A stretch of 64,000 bases of DNA, taken from assembly GCF_006345805.1 (NCBI RefSeq), contig NC_043019.1:18289360-18353359 (forward strand). Reading direction: 5' to 3'. Below are positions 37,150 to 50,800 of this stretch, piece after piece. Every line of letters starts with the position of its first letter. Position 1 is the stretch's first letter. The DNA is from Octopus sinensis (taxonomy: Eukaryota). A program made the translations under genes and the position numbers. Below the pieces are notes generated by a model. That model was not told the origin of the DNA and ran no database searches. It saw nothing but the letters and a program-made list of their open reading frames with translations.

Positions 37150-39490
37150 ATCATCATCATCATCATCATCATCATCATTTAGCGTCCGCTTTCCATGCTA
37201 GCATGGGTTGGACGGGTCAACTGGGGTCTGTGAAGCTGGAAGGCTTCGTCAGGCCCAGTCAGATCTGGCAGTGTTTCTACGGCTGGATGCCCTTCCTAAC
37301 GCCAACCACTCCGCGAGTGTAGTGGGTGTTTTTTACGTGCCACCTGCACAGGTGCCAGACAGAGCTGGCGAACGGCCACGAACGGATGGTGCTTTTACGT
37401 GTCACCGGCACGAGGCCAGGCGATGCTGGCAACGGACACGAACAGATGGTGCTTTTACGTGCCACCAACACGGGGCCAGACAGAGCTGGCAAACGGCCAC
37501 GAATGGACGGTGCTTTTACGTGTCACTGGCATGGGGGCCAGCCGAGGCTGGCAACGGATGCGAACGGATGGTGCTTTTACGTGCCAACGACACGGTTGCC
37601 AGACAGAGCTGGCAAACGGCCACGAATGGACGGTGCTTTTACGTGTCACTGGCATGGGGGCCAGCCGAGGCTGGCAACGGATGCGAACGGATGGTGCTTT
37701 TACGTGCCAACGACACGGTTGCCAGACAGAGCTGGCAAACGGCCACGAACAGACGGTGCTTTTACGAGTCACCAGCATGGGGGCCAGCCGAGGCTGGCAA
37801 CGGACACGAACGGATGGCGCTTTTACGTGCCACCGACACGGGGCCAGACAGAGCTGGCCAACGGCCACGAACGGACGGTGCTTTTATGTGTCACCGGCAC
37901 GGGGCCAGGCCAGGCTGGCAACGAACACGAACGGATGGTGCTTTTACGTGCCACCGACACGGGGGCCAGGCAGAGCTGGCAAATGGCCACGAGCGAATGG
38001 TGCTTTTACGTATCACCGGCACAGGTGCCAGACGAGGCTGACAGCGGACACGAACGGATGGGTCACTTAACCCCTGCTTTCTGATATATGATTTGATTTT
38101 GATTGTTCTCACTGGTCTTGCCGGGTCTTCTCACGCACAGCATACTTCCATAGGTCTCGGTCTCTGGTCATTTCCTTGGTGAGACCTAGAGTTCGAAGGT
38201 CGTGCTTCACCACCTCGACCCAGGTTTTCCTGGGTCTACCTCTTCCACAGGTCCCCTCAACTGCCAGGGTGTGGCACTTTTTCACACACCTATCTTCATC
38301 CATTCTCACCACATGACCATACCAGCGCAATCGTCTCTCTTGCACATAACATCTGATTCCTCTTAGGTCCAACTTTTCTCTCAAGGTACTTACACTCTGT
38401 CGACTATGAACACTGACATTACACATCCAACGGAGCATACTAGCTTCATTTCTCACGAGCTTACGCATGTCCTCAGCAGTCACGGCCCATGTTTCACTGC
38501 CATGTAGCATGGCTGTTCGTACACATGCATCATACAGTCTGCCTTTTACTCTGAGCGAGAGGCCTTTAGTCATCAACAGAGGTAAGAGCTCCCTAAACTT
38601 TGCCCAGGCTATTCTTACTCGAGCCGTTACACTTTCAGCACACCCACCCCCACTACTGACTTGGTCACCAAGATAACGGAAGCTATCAACTACTTCTAGT
38701 TTTTCCCCCTGGAAAGTGACGGAAGTTGTTTTCTGCAGATTTTCAGTGGTTAATGCTCCCGAGCATCTGCCACATACAAAAACCATCTTCCTAGTTAGCC
38801 TTCCTATGACATTGCTGCACCTCTTATGTGTCCATAGCTTACACTTGGTGCATCTTATAGAGTTTCTACCTACACCTTTTCTACAGATCGAGCAGGGCCA
38901 TCTACCTGAAGGCGTTTGTGATTTGTCTACCTTCCTACTTATTACGACTTTGGTTTTAGCTAGGTTGACTCTAAGGCCCTTTGATTCTAAACCATGCTTC
39001 CACACCTGAAACTTCTTTTCCAGTTCTGATAATGACTCAGCAATTAGAGCAAGGTCATCAGCATAGAGGAGCTCCCAGGGGCATCCTGTCTTGAATTCCT
39101 CCGTTATTGCCTGGAGGACTATGATAAATAGGAGGGGGCTGAGGACTGAGCCTTGGTGGACCCCTACCTCTACCCGGAATTCTTCACTGTACTCATTGCC
39201 AACCCTCACCTTACTAGCAGCGTCCCTGTACATGGCTTGCACAGCTCTCACTAACCATTCATCTATTCCTAGTTTCCTCATTGACCACCATATGAGGGAT
39301 CGGGGGACCCTGTCGAAGGCTTTCTCCATGTCAACAAAAGCCAGGTACAGGGGCTTATCTTTGGCTAGGTATTTCTCCTGCAGCTGCCTTATCAGGAATA
39401 TAGCATCAGTGGTACTTTTCCCTGGCACGAAACCAAACTGCATCTCATCTAAACTAACTCTCTCTCTAATTAGTTGGCTTATGACCCTCT
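37150..39490 (-). mobile_element. 5'-truncated RTE-clade LINE with an uninterrupted RT ORF, a tandem-repeat 3' UTR and an (ATG)n tail
   Basis: ORF 38109-39443 (444 aa): QFGFVPGKSTTDAIF, FVDMEKAFDRVPR, VGVHQGSVLSPLLF, LLYADDLAL, FRYLG, RRLRWYGHV, GRGRPRKTW; coding continues to about 39490 (RVISQLIRERVSLDEM); tail catcatcat at 37150-37176. Confidence 0.95.
37322..38058 (-). repeat. Array of 12 units of about 61 bp in the RTE 3' UTR, alternating A/B types
   Basis: gtgcttttacgtg core recurs near 37328, 37391, 37451, 37512, 37573, 37635, 37696, 37758, 37819, 37880, 37940 and 38002. Confidence 0.92.
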
Positions 39491-40884
39491 AAAAAATATC
39501 ATTAAAAAATATAAATAAAGTATTTGATAAGTACCTACAACAAAAATTTAGGAAATGTAGCTATTACCAGAGATAATACTGAAAGGAACATATCTAGTGA
39601 ATTTGTGTAGAATACTGCTGATTCACCGTGCCTCTCATAAAGGCAATCTAGCTGCTTCTGCATACCTTGATAAAATTATGTTGATGAGCAAGCTAAAAGC
39701 ATTAAAACTTACAGGTAAACTTCGAGAAAGAATGTCTTTGCAAACCTTTACAAAGAAATAAAACCTGTTGGTTCCTGTAGAGTTTCCTATCATTTTGGCT
39801 CTTATCTAAATCGAAGCTGACATTCCAAAATATATGGAATTTTTATGTTTGGCAAAATAATTGGCCTGTATCCCAATTAAAATTAATTGATTGGAAAGGT
39901 TCCAATCAATTATTTACAACCCCTGATGGAGACCCCTGTTGGAAAAGAGAGTGAGTTGGAGAGAGAGAGAGATGTTGGCAAAGATGTGTTGAGACATGCC
40001 CTTGAGGGATACAACATCCCGCACTCTGTTGTTCCAGCTGGTTGGAACTCGTTTTGTGTCAACCACCCCTGGTGGTATATGTATTTCACACCCAGCCCAT
40101 CAAGGACTGCTTGACAGATGACTGAAACTGCTTTTTATGGCATGTCTGTTGCTCCATACTTTGCAGATAAGGAAAATGCAAGGTGCCAAATAACAGCCCC
40201 TTAAAAAAATTGGGTTATCTCCCCTGCCTTAAAAAATTGTTTGACCCTCATTAAAACAAAAAAAAAAAAAACATGAAAAGTTTTTGCATTCTTATTGAAT
40301 CTGATAATATTTTTTATAACAAATCATACCTTGCCTATTGAGGAGGCCAAACATCAACAATGTGTTGAAGTATTGAATCCGAAGGATCTTCTCACTCTTT
40401 TAATCTAATCTCTTGTCGCCACACTTTTTTTTAGTGGGGAGATAACCCAATTTTTTAATGGCTATTTTGTAATAGGGTTGATCTGAGAGAAAGTATCGTA
40501 GGATTAACGAAAATATATTCAGTTCGGCCAGATTTATTTCTCTTCTGGCCAGCAATTTCTTCAAATACAATTCAGGCTGATGTCGGTGGTACAACGTTGT
40601 TCTGTTTTCTGGTGTTTGTTGATGATACAAATGTACCGAGGCGGGCCTCACAGAATGCACTGTGATTCCCTTAACTTATTTCTATGTAAAAAGCTCGTAA
40701 TCTAAATGAGAATTATAGTCTCATACAACAAACTGCAGAAAAGTGGCTTTCGAATGTGAAAGAAAGTTGTCGCAACCAGGAATCGAAACCAGGCCAGCGA
40801 ATGTTTACAGCTGTTACTTACATCTTTGTCCCACCGTCTTGAAGTGACTCGAGATAAGAAAATTGCATAAAGCCCCAGAATTAA

Positions 40885-41255
40885 TTCGGTACTACGCGCG
40901 AACAGTGGTCCCGGTGCGCGCACTCGCTCATCCGCACTAGCTAGTCGTAAGTAGTCGATCCTACAACGACTTGCGCCTATGTTTGTATTTCAAGGCTGAA
41001 TACATATCAAAGAAAATTCAATAATTTTTCGAACAAAGTAAATAAAACGCAAAGTAAATAATTTTTTAAACTAAGAAAATAAATTATTTTTATAAACCTG
41101 TGTGGTAAGTAGCTTGCTAACCAACCACATGGCTCCGGGTTCAGTCCCACTGCGTAGCACCTTGGGCAAGTGTCTTCTGCTATAGCCCCGGGCCGACCAA
41201 TGACTTGTGAGTGGATTTGGTAGACGGAAACTGAAAGAGGCCTGTCATATATATG

Positions 41256-41286
<31 letters not shown>

Positions 41287-41606
41287 TTATGTGTCTGTGT
41301 TTGTCCCCCTAGCATTGCTTGACAACCGATGCTGGTGTGTTTACGTCCCCGTAACTTAGCGGTTCGGCAAAAGAGACCGATAGAATAAGTACTGGGCTTA
41401 CAAAGAATAAGTCCCGGGGTCGATTTTCTCGACTAAAGGCGGTGCTCCAGCATGGCCGCAGTCAAATGACTGAAACAAGTAAAAGAGTAAAAAAGAGTAA
41501 AAGAGTAAACAAAGGTTAGGGTTAAAAAGTCGTTGTAGGATCGACTACTTACGACTAGCTAGCGCGAGTGCGCGTGACGGGACCACTGTTCGCTCGTAGT
41601 ACCGAA
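40885..41606. mobile_element. Non-autonomous TIR DNA element carrying a nested SINE
   Basis: 80-90-bp imperfect TIRs (40885-40972 / 41527-41606: ttcggtactacg..aacagtggtccc..gtaagtagtcgatcctacaacgactt), flanked by TTAA (could equally be read as an AATT TSD); superfamily undetermined. Confidence 0.8.
41098..41509 (+). mobile_element. tRNA-derived SINE (family A, full-length reference copy)
   Basis: Head gtgtggtaagtagc..gggttcagtccc (A/B-box-like), caccttgggcaagtgtctt (CORE-like), internal (TA)n(TG)n, tail (gtaaaaga)n. Confidence 0.88.
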
Positions 41607-43215
41607 TTAATCGGTTGCTCATTAAACCGGCTGCTTTGATTCACAACCACACTTTATCACACTTCTGTCAACCGCAAAACTTGATTCTACACTTAACAGT
41701 AAGTTTGTTACACAGAAATTGCTATCGATCTCATTCACATTTTAATGAACTTAGACTAATTAATTACTTCATAACTTTTAAGCAAATGTTTTCCCAGTAT
41801 TTCTTTTTCTTCTCCTTTTTTATTATTTACAAATCTATTTTAGTGTTTCGTTGCTTATTCATTTGGTTGTGTATAAGGTCACAGGGCGATTCTTCACAGT
41901 TGTGTAACACATAAAGCGCACCGGACCACGATCGCGGCCGTCAGCACAGGTCACGATCGTGGCCCAAATAGATGCATTTAATTTAAGGGCGTCAGCTGGG
42001 GGTCTAGTGTCACTCAAAAGGTCCGATACCCCCCAGAATGCAAGAGGACTAAATAGTTTAACCCAAGACTTTTTAAGATGATGTAAAACTTATCACCATT
42101 ATATACTAAGGAGATATTTAAACTATTTTTTGTTTTTTTTTATGTGTTAATGGTCGTCTCATTTCCATAAAATGTGCTCAGCAGTCCATGCTGTGTAAGT
42201 CCCAGCGCTTTATGGGTTAATTTCCAAAATTTAAAAACTTTTATAGCGTAGTTTTTTTTTTCTTTTTTCTTTTCGTGACCGGTTAATATAGAAATTAAAC
42301 CTAATGAACAAGCAACGAAACACTACACGATATCTTACTATCACGAACGTAAAGAATACGCTCACCCGGTGTTTAGGGTTAAGGTTACCTCCACCTCAAA
42401 CTTATTTCATAGAACTTAGGTCACCCTTGGGCGGTTTGGCATGGAAACGGTCAAAACAGTTTTGAAGATAACACAGCAGAGGTCGAGTGTTTGCACCCCG
42501 ACCTGGATAATTGCCAGACTTAAAAAACCGTAACGGGGTCAATCTGTTCGATCGAAACCGTCCATGGCACTGACCCAGCATGACTGCAATCCAATGACTG
42601 AAACAAGGGAAAAGATTTATTTTCCAGGATGGAGATTATGTTTGTGTTGGTAATTGTTTTTCTCGATATTTGAGAACGGTTTCCTCAGGAAGAAAATGTT
42701 TCTTTTTTTCTAAAATAACATTTTGCTGAAGAAATACGTTTTCGAGAGTGTAGATAACATAATGTTCATGTTTCGACCATGACTTTGAAAAAAAAAGTGT
42801 AAAATGATAAAATTACGGAAATTGCTGTTTGCAAAAATGATGCAATACTCCGGCTATTTTCTTTCTTTATAAAATTTCATAAACACCCTCGTGATGTACA
42901 AGTTGGAAAATAAACATTTATGGCACTTTGCACCCCGACCTCACCCGCCTTTCTTTTTCTTTTTTTCTCACGATTTTGCCAGAAACACGTTTCAAACTAA
43001 ATTAAAATTTAGCCTCTCCCCATCGCATTTTTTTTTTTTTTTTCACTTTCTTTTAACTTTTTATAATCCACGTGGAAAAATACGGAGAATCTGAAGAATA
43101 TTTTTTCTTTAAATTTCAAATTTTCTTCGAGAACCTCACCCATTCCCCCCCTCCGCCCCTTCCCCCTTTTCAGGGGACAAAACTCCGGATGTTTTACATA
43201 TTTGGTATGCTCGTT

Positions 43216-43227
43216 TGCGCATGCGTA
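43216..43227. promoter_or_regulatory. NRF1-like palindrome tgcgcatgcgta, about 1.5 kb upstream of the paralog b ATG
   Basis: 11/12 match to YGCGCAYGCGCR in non-repeat DNA; promoter function is inference only. Confidence 0.25.
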
Positions 43228-43419
43228 GATTTCTTTCCAAGCAACAGACAGCAAAATATGAAGCCTTCACCAGAAAACTCGATATGCTAGAAATAACAGC
43301 TACATGTCTGGAAAATAATTTTCCTTCGCATTATTTCCGTTTTACGTCTATCATAAGGTCTATGAAAGATGAAGGACGTAATGACATGCTAAAATCCTCA
43401 AATTTTGAGGGTTTTAGTA

Positions 43420-44225
43420 TCATCATCATCATCGTCGTCGTTTAACGTCTGCTTTCCATGCTGGCAAGGGTTGGACAGTTTGACTTAGGGCTGGCAAATC
43501 AGAAGGCTGCACCAGGTTCCAATCCGATCTAGCAGAGTTTCTACAGCTGGATGCCCTTCCTATCGCCAACCATTCCGCGAGTGTAGTGGGTGCTTTTTAC
43601 ATGCCATTGGCACGAGAGCCAGTCAAGTGGCACTGGCAACGACCACACTCGAATGGTGTTTTTTATGTGCCACCGTTACAGACCCAGTCAGCCGGCACTG
43701 GCATCAACAGCGCTTGAATGGTGCTTTTAATGTGCTACTTGTAGGGACCAGTCAGGCAGCACTGGCATCAACTATACTTGAATGGAGCATTTTACGTGCC
43801 ACTGGCACAGGTGCCAGTCAGGCAGTACTGTCATCAGCCACAACAACAATTTCACTTGCCTCAACAGATCTTCGCAAGTGCAGCTTATTGTCCAATGATT
43901 GAAGAGCACTCTTAAATGGGCCAGTCATGCTACACTGGCATAGGCCATGGCTACGGTCTCACTTGGCTTGTCAGGTCTTCTTAAGCACAGCATATCTCCA
44001 AAGGTCTCAGTCACTTCTCATTGCCTTGGTGAGACCCAACGTTTCAAGGTTGTGCTTCACCACTTCATCCTAGGTCTTCCTGGGTCTATCCCTTCCACAG
44101 GTTCCCATTACTGCTAGGGTGTGACACTTATTCACACAGCTGTTCTCATTCATACACAACACTTGACCATACCTGTGCAATCGTCTCTCTTGCACACCAC
44201 ATCTGATGCTTCTTAAATCCAACTT
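43420..44225 (-). mobile_element. Decayed RTE 3' fragment
   Basis: (cat)n tail, degenerate 3' UTR repeats, and 43960-44225 homologous to 38105-38370. Confidence 0.85.
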
Positions 44226-44702
44226 GATGGATTTCATTAATTTTATCTAAGATCAAGGTTTTAAATCCATTTTTCATTAATTGGAAAATAAAAGTTGATT
44301 TCGATTGGAGTTGAGTCTGTCCAGGGCAAATAAGGATATTTCATGTTTGTTTTTATTCTTCCCTAAATCTCGACTTTCAAAATGTATTTCAATTTTGATA
44401 CAAAGCCACAAATTATTTTCATGTTGTGTCTATAAAGAAATGTTATCGAGTTACTGATTTGCAACAAACTCCATTACCCAGCCATGCCATACACTACTTG
44501 TGACCCATGACCTGGTAGATCAATATTTTATCTATATTATCAATTTTATCAATGTTTTATCTGTTCAGGTATTTTGTTTCTGATTTTTGTTTTGTTTGCC
44601 AGGATCTCACTTCCAATCTCACCTTTTAATAAATTTAATCAAGTAAGAATTTGATTTTCTTTTTCTTGTAGCAGTCAACAACAACAACACAAGCTTTTCA
44701 CA

Positions 44703-44834
44703 ATGGACAAATGGGTTAAACGGACAGCCTTGGTTACTGGGGCTTCGTGTGGTATTGGTGCCGCTATATGCAGAAAGTTGGTGAAGTCTGGCATGAATGT
44801 TGTTGGTTGCGGAAGAAATGTGCAGCGCATCCAA
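44703..44834 (+). CDS. DHRS11: DHRS11-like paralog b exon 1
   Basis: MDKWVKRTALVTGASCGIGAAICRKLVKSGMNVVGCGRNVQRIQ; gtaatt donor; upstream polypyrimidine tract with tag/cag acceptor near 44670. Confidence 0.92.
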
Positions 44835-47800
44835 GTAATTTTTATGTCTTTGAGATTTTCTAATCACTTTCTTTCTTTATTTGTCTCTCCTTCCTTCATA
44901 TACACTCTCACATTTGTCTCTCTTTCCTTCATATACACCCTCTTATTTCTCTCTCCTTCCTTCATATACACTCATATTTGTCTCTCCTTCATATACACTC
45001 CCTTATTTATCTCTCCTCATTAACAGAAGTACTGAATGAATGTTTTCCATTAATCACAAAATTAGACTTTTACCTATAATGATTAGCAATGTGTGTCATT
45101 AATCATACTAATGAGATAGTGTGGAAGTATGCGACTATAAAATGACAAATAGAGAAAGTAAGTGAGTGGCCGTAGCAGAAGTAAAATGTAAGTAGAAGGT
45201 GTTTGTCGCAGCACTTGGAATGAGAAACAAGCAAACAGAGAAAGCGAGAGAAATAAAATGGATCAGAGTCGAGGTTAGCTTTGTGTCACTTTAAGCAGGA
45301 CAAGGAATGGAAAACACAAGCATTATTATGAAACCCACTTTCACAATGAACTTTGTGTTAGAATTACTTCTGGATAAACGATAATTACATTTAAATCTAT
45401 TGTAAAATTTAGTGAAGCCTGCTCCAGTCTTCTGCCTAGCCAATTCCTGTCAAACTGTCAAACCGTCCAACCCATGCCAGCATGGAAAGTGGATGTTAGA
45501 TGGTGATGATGATGAGGCACAAGTGTGGCTGTGTTGTAATAAGTTTGCTCCCCAACCTCATGGTGCCAGGTTGTGACACACTGTGTGACATCTTAGATGA
45601 GAGTATTCTGCTATAGCCTTGGGCTCACATATGTGTGTGTGTGTTGTTGCTTACCAACTGGTGTTGGTTTGTTTATATCCCTGTAACTTAGCAGTTTGAT
45701 AAAACAAAACTGACAGAATATGTATCAGGTTTACAGGTACATAGGGAGTTCGATTTGTGAGTCTAAAACTCTTCAAGATGTTGCTCCAGCATGGTCGCAG
45801 TCTAGTGACTGAAAGCAAGTAAATGATAGGCACTGACATGGTTGTGTGGTAAAAAGCTCAGTTTGCAAGCACGTACTTTCAGGTTCAGTCCCACTGCTCA
45901 GCGTCTTAGGCAAGTGTCTTCTGTCATAGCTCTGGGGCCAACCAAATAAGTACTGCTGTTGATTAGTTTGGTGGTCCTCCAGTATGGCCACGGTCCAATG
46001 ACTGAAGCAAGGAAATGATAATAGATAGTACCACCATTTTTATATAAGTACTTTTAACCGTAATTCAAATATTTTGAGAACTGTTAAAAATTTCAGAAGC
46101 AAACAAAAACCTAATATTTTTCATTGCACAAATGGCATCTTATGCATGTGTCTTCTGTTGTAGCCCTGGGTCAAGCAAAGACTTGTGAATAGATTTGGTT
46201 GACAGAAATTGTATGGAGGCTCATCATGTATGTGTGTGTGTGTGTGTCTGAGAGAGAGAGCCTTGTCTTCACATCACATGATGGTTGTAGAAGAGTGTCG
46301 CCCCATTCAAGAGACCCTTGTTTTCAGCCTTCCATGAAAACATGTCCAGTTATGGGAAAATATTAACCTTGCTTGAAGGACAGGTGAGGGTTGGCAACAG
46401 GAAGAGCACCTGGCCTTAGAAAATCTACTTTAACAATTTTAACGTTTTGAACCTTCAAGAATTTGTACGGGATTTCTGCAGAGTTTTGAATTTTTCTGTA
46501 AACATTTCTTTGCAATTGTCTGATAATACAGACATAGACTTGCCCATATACATCAATAAATTAACATTGATAATTTTTTCAATGTTGTTGCAATCATCTG
46601 AAGTGGAACTGTCAAAGCATGGTATTCGAGCAATTTTGCTCTTCATCTTCAAAAAAGGATGTAAAGCAGCTGAAACTGAATGCGATATCAACGAAATGTT
46701 TGGTGAGGAAATGACCAGTAAGTGGTCAGCTTGAAAATGGTTTAAACGATTTCACAGTTGAGACCTGAGCCTTGAAGATTGCAAGTGTAGTGGACGCCCA
46801 TCTGTCATCAATGATGGTCAATTAAAGACTGTCATTGAGAAAGATTCACATAAAACAACACAAGAACTGGCAAAAGAACTTCAAGTGAGCTAGAAAACTG
46901 CCTGCAACCATTTGCATGAGATCAGAAAAACATAAAAGTTCAACAAATGGGTACCACACAATTTGAATGAAAATCAGAAAATGCACAGATATGAAATTTG
47001 CTTGTCATTTCTCCTCCATAACCAGGCTGATCCATTTCCCGATCGTATAGTAACTTGTGACGAAAAGTGGATAATAAATGTTCTTTGCAGTGGTTGGATC
47101 AAAATGAAGCAGTGGAAACCTTCCCTAAACCCAAGCCCTTCAAAAAGAAGGTTATGGTGACTGTTTGGTGGTGTTGTACTGCTAGACTCATCCACTATAA
47201 TTTCTTAAAACCGGGAAAAACCATTACTGCAGAAACATATTTCTATGAAATTATCAAAATGAATGAAAGACTGATACTCCGCCATCCCAGACTGGTCAAC
47301 AGAAGAAGGCCAATCATTCTTCAAGACAATGCTTGACCACACATATCACTGATGCTCCAGAAGTTGGAGGAACTTGGCTACAAAGTTCTTCCCACCCAGC
47401 TTATTCCCCAGACCTTTCTCCTACCGACTACCATTTTCTCAAGCACCTTGATGGTTTCAAAAATCAAACTGATGCTGAAAATATGTTCAAAGAGTTCATC
47501 AGTTCCAGAACTCCAGATTTTTATGTTAGCAGAATAAACAAACTTGTAACTCGTTGGCAAAAATGTGTTGATTGTCATGGTACTTACTTTGATGAATAAA
47601 AATTCTGCATTGTTGAAATATATTGTGATGAATTTCATGTTTCAAAATGTTGCTAACCTTTAACTCAGCCTGATAAATATTAGCTCTCAAGCATTATCCA
47701 TTGTTAATCTATTAATGATAATGAGCATTTAATCTATTTACTTATGTATTAGCTACCATCAAATCCACAGTTAATCTCATGCATTGTAATATATTGTTAA

Positions 47801-50800
47801 ATCTCTGGGTTGACATTTCCCTCTTAATTTACTCATTATTCACTGATTGTTAAGTTTCTGGTTAATCCAGTTAACTATTGTTAATCTGTTCTTAAATATC
47901 TTTTAATCTGTTATCCAATGTTAATCAACTGTTTTCTGTTGCTAATCTATCCCAGGAAATCTCTGATGAACTGAAAGGTGAAGCCGGTTCCTTGTTAGCC
48001 TTGAAATGTGACCTCAACAATGAGTCTGATATCCTGTCTATGTTTGGGACCATCAAGTCCCATTATGGAGGAGTGGATGTGTGCATCAACAATGCAGGAC
48101 TGGCCCACGCTGAGCCACTGCTTACTGGGGACACTAACAAATGGCGGGAGATGTTCAATGTAAGTGGTTTCTTGTCCTTGATTGCTAATGGAAGCAGCCA
48201 GCATAGAAAATATTGTTAGAATTATTTTTTGTTTCCAAGCTTCTTGTTGAGTTTCCCTGCCTTCAAAAATCTTGGTTCTCTGCAAGAATCTATGCCATGA
48301 TGATTGATATTGAAGCATGGATCTTGAAGGTGGAAATTCTACAAAAGTTGCAAAAATATTAGCTCGAAAATGTAGGGTCCATGTGATCTGAAAATGTGCC
48401 TTGGTGCGAAAGGCATGAATCACCTGTAAGGAAGTTGGCTGCATTGATAAAGATTAATTAACTCAAGATTAATTAGGACTAGACATTTGGATGTGTCGTT
48501 TTCTTCATAAACTAAAATTAATCTGTAACCTTGGAGACGTATCACTGCTGAATGTTTTGTTTGTAATAGTTTATGCAAAGAGTGTAGAAAGGGTTAAGTC
48601 CACCTGGGTAACAACATCTCCTTCCAATTTATTGTCAATGAAATAGCTTAACTTTAAACTGATACTCTGTTCGTTACGATGACAAGGATCCCAGTTAATC
48701 CGATCAACGGAATGGCCTGCTTGTGAAATTAATGTGCAAGTGGCTGAGTACTCCACAGACATGTGTGCCCTTAACATAGTTCTCAGGGAGATTTAGCAGG
48801 ACACGGAGTGTAACAACGCTGGCCCCCTTTGAATTTTGCCAGCTGAGTTAACTGGAGCAACGTGAAGTAAAGTGTCTTGCTTGAGGACACACCACACCAC
48901 TGGGTATTGAACCTAAGACCTTATGATCAGGAGCCTAATGCCCTGACCACTAAGCTACCCAGTCCAGATGGATCTAATTAGCTTAACTAGAAATTGAAGC
49001 TGGATCGTAGATAATACGTCCAGGACACCAAATCCAAAGCAATCCAATATCCTTCACTCGTAAAACTCCTGTCAATGTATTCCAGACATGCCCACCTCTA
49101 AGCGCTGGTTACATATCTGTACATGGAACCTCAAGAAATGATTAAATGCTATCACTTTCCATTTTTTGTCTGCAGGTGAATGTCTTGGCTCTTAGCATCT
49201 GTACAAGAGAATCTTTTAAATCCATGACGGAACGAAATGTGATGGATGGTCATTTCATCCACATAAATAGGTCTGCTATTTTGGTTTCTTATATGGTTTA
49301 GTGTGGGTGGGGTAACATAAAACACTGGATCCTAATCGGTGCTGGTCTTTCACTCCTTCTGTTTTTGGGTGGCTTATGTTTTGCTTTATTTGGGTGAGTT
49401 GCAGCACTTGCCCAGCCTGAAGAGCAACAGTCCCAAGTGAGTGACCAGCAATGGTAACATTGCTCCAAATGGGTGCAAAGTACCTCACAACAAACAGCAC
49501 TTCAAAAATACTATTGTGTATCATTTCACGTCCGGGCCATGACTGCTGAGGACATGCGTAAACTCGCAAGGAATGAAGCCAGTATGCTCCGATGGATGTG
49601 TAATGTCTGTGCATACTCAACAGAGTGTTAGTTCCTTGAGAGAAAGGTTGGACCTAAGAAGCATCAGATGTGGTGTGCAAGAGAGATGACTGCGCTGGTA
49701 TGGTCATGTGGCGAGAATGGATGTGGATAGCTGTGTGAAAAAGTGCCAATGATACTATTGTGTATCATTTCACGTCCATGTTACATGCTGTCATGGGTTG
49801 GACGATTTGACAGGCTCTGATGTGTCCAAGGACTGCTTCCTGCTCCAATGTCTGCTTTGGCATTTTCCTATGGTTGGATGCCCTTCCCAATACCAACCAC
49901 TTTACAACCTGTGCTGTGAGGAGGAGTATCTTTATGGTTGGGGATGAGAGAAGGGGCCAGAGCAGAACAGGGCCCTTGCTGTTCAGGAGGAGCTACATGA
50001 CTACTCCCTTTGTTTTCCCTGACTTATGAACTCTTAGCTTGTATGAAATGCTCTCTCAATGACTCATCTAATCAGTTTCTGAATCAAAACAGCTTGTCTG
50101 AATTTATCTGATTTTATTTCTATTTTGTGTTTATATTAAAACAAAACAAAAACCAAACCAAACTGTAGTATGTCTGGACACAGAGTGGTCGACTTACCAG
50201 ATCTTCACTTCTACAGTGCAACTAAGTTTGCTGTGACCTCACTGGCCAGAGGACTCAGGAATGAGTTACGAAGACTCGAATCTGATATCAGAGTCACGGT
50301 AAGTAATGAGTCTACTTTTTAACTAAGCTTCACTTATATGTATATATGTGTGTATATAAAATTAATATAGACAGCAGTTAGCAATGTTTTACCAAAAAGG
50401 AAAATTATAATTGTCACTGAATGTGACTAGGGTGTTGAAAAAACACTAACAGTGCTAGAAATAAGAGCTAAACCACTCTAATGCTTCTCTATTAGTATAT
50501 ATGTTTTCGTTATCCAAATTAGTGAATGATTTAGCGAATGGCTAATGTGTATACATAGAATTAATATAAACAGCAGTTTGCATTGTTTTACTAAAAACAA
50601 GAATTATAATCGTTGCTGAATGTGAATAAGGTGTTGAAAAACAGTTGCATTGCTTCCACATTAGAACATGTTAGCTCTTGTTTCTCGCCATGTATGTGTT
50701 TCTAACACCCTAGTCACATATAGTGACAATTATAGGTATATATATATATATATATATATGCATGTATAGATATGTGTGTATATATATATGTATTGATATA

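Noticed and set aside
37322-38058. CRISPR-like regular repeat array
   Set aside because: No unique spacers, whole units are homologous, no cas genes, and the context is a eukaryotic LINE UTR.
37208-38084. Three overlapping long ORFs (277, 252 and 223 aa) in all + frames
   Set aside because: They arise from a stop-free 61-bp tandem array rotating through frames on the antisense strand of an RTE 3' UTR; there is no evidence of a protein.
40400-40880. Possible minus-strand gene (GAT|GTAAGT donor near 40820 and a protein-like 86-aa ORF)
   Set aside because: No consistent acceptor or frame could be joined without stops, and no recognisable homology.
41098-41160. tRNA gene
   Set aside because: A/B-box-like head only; it continues into a SINE body and is repeated many times in the window.
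44602-44671. Small 5' UTR exon plus a 29-nt intron upstream of paralog b ATG
   Set aside because: The intron would be implausibly short; not supportable without transcripts.
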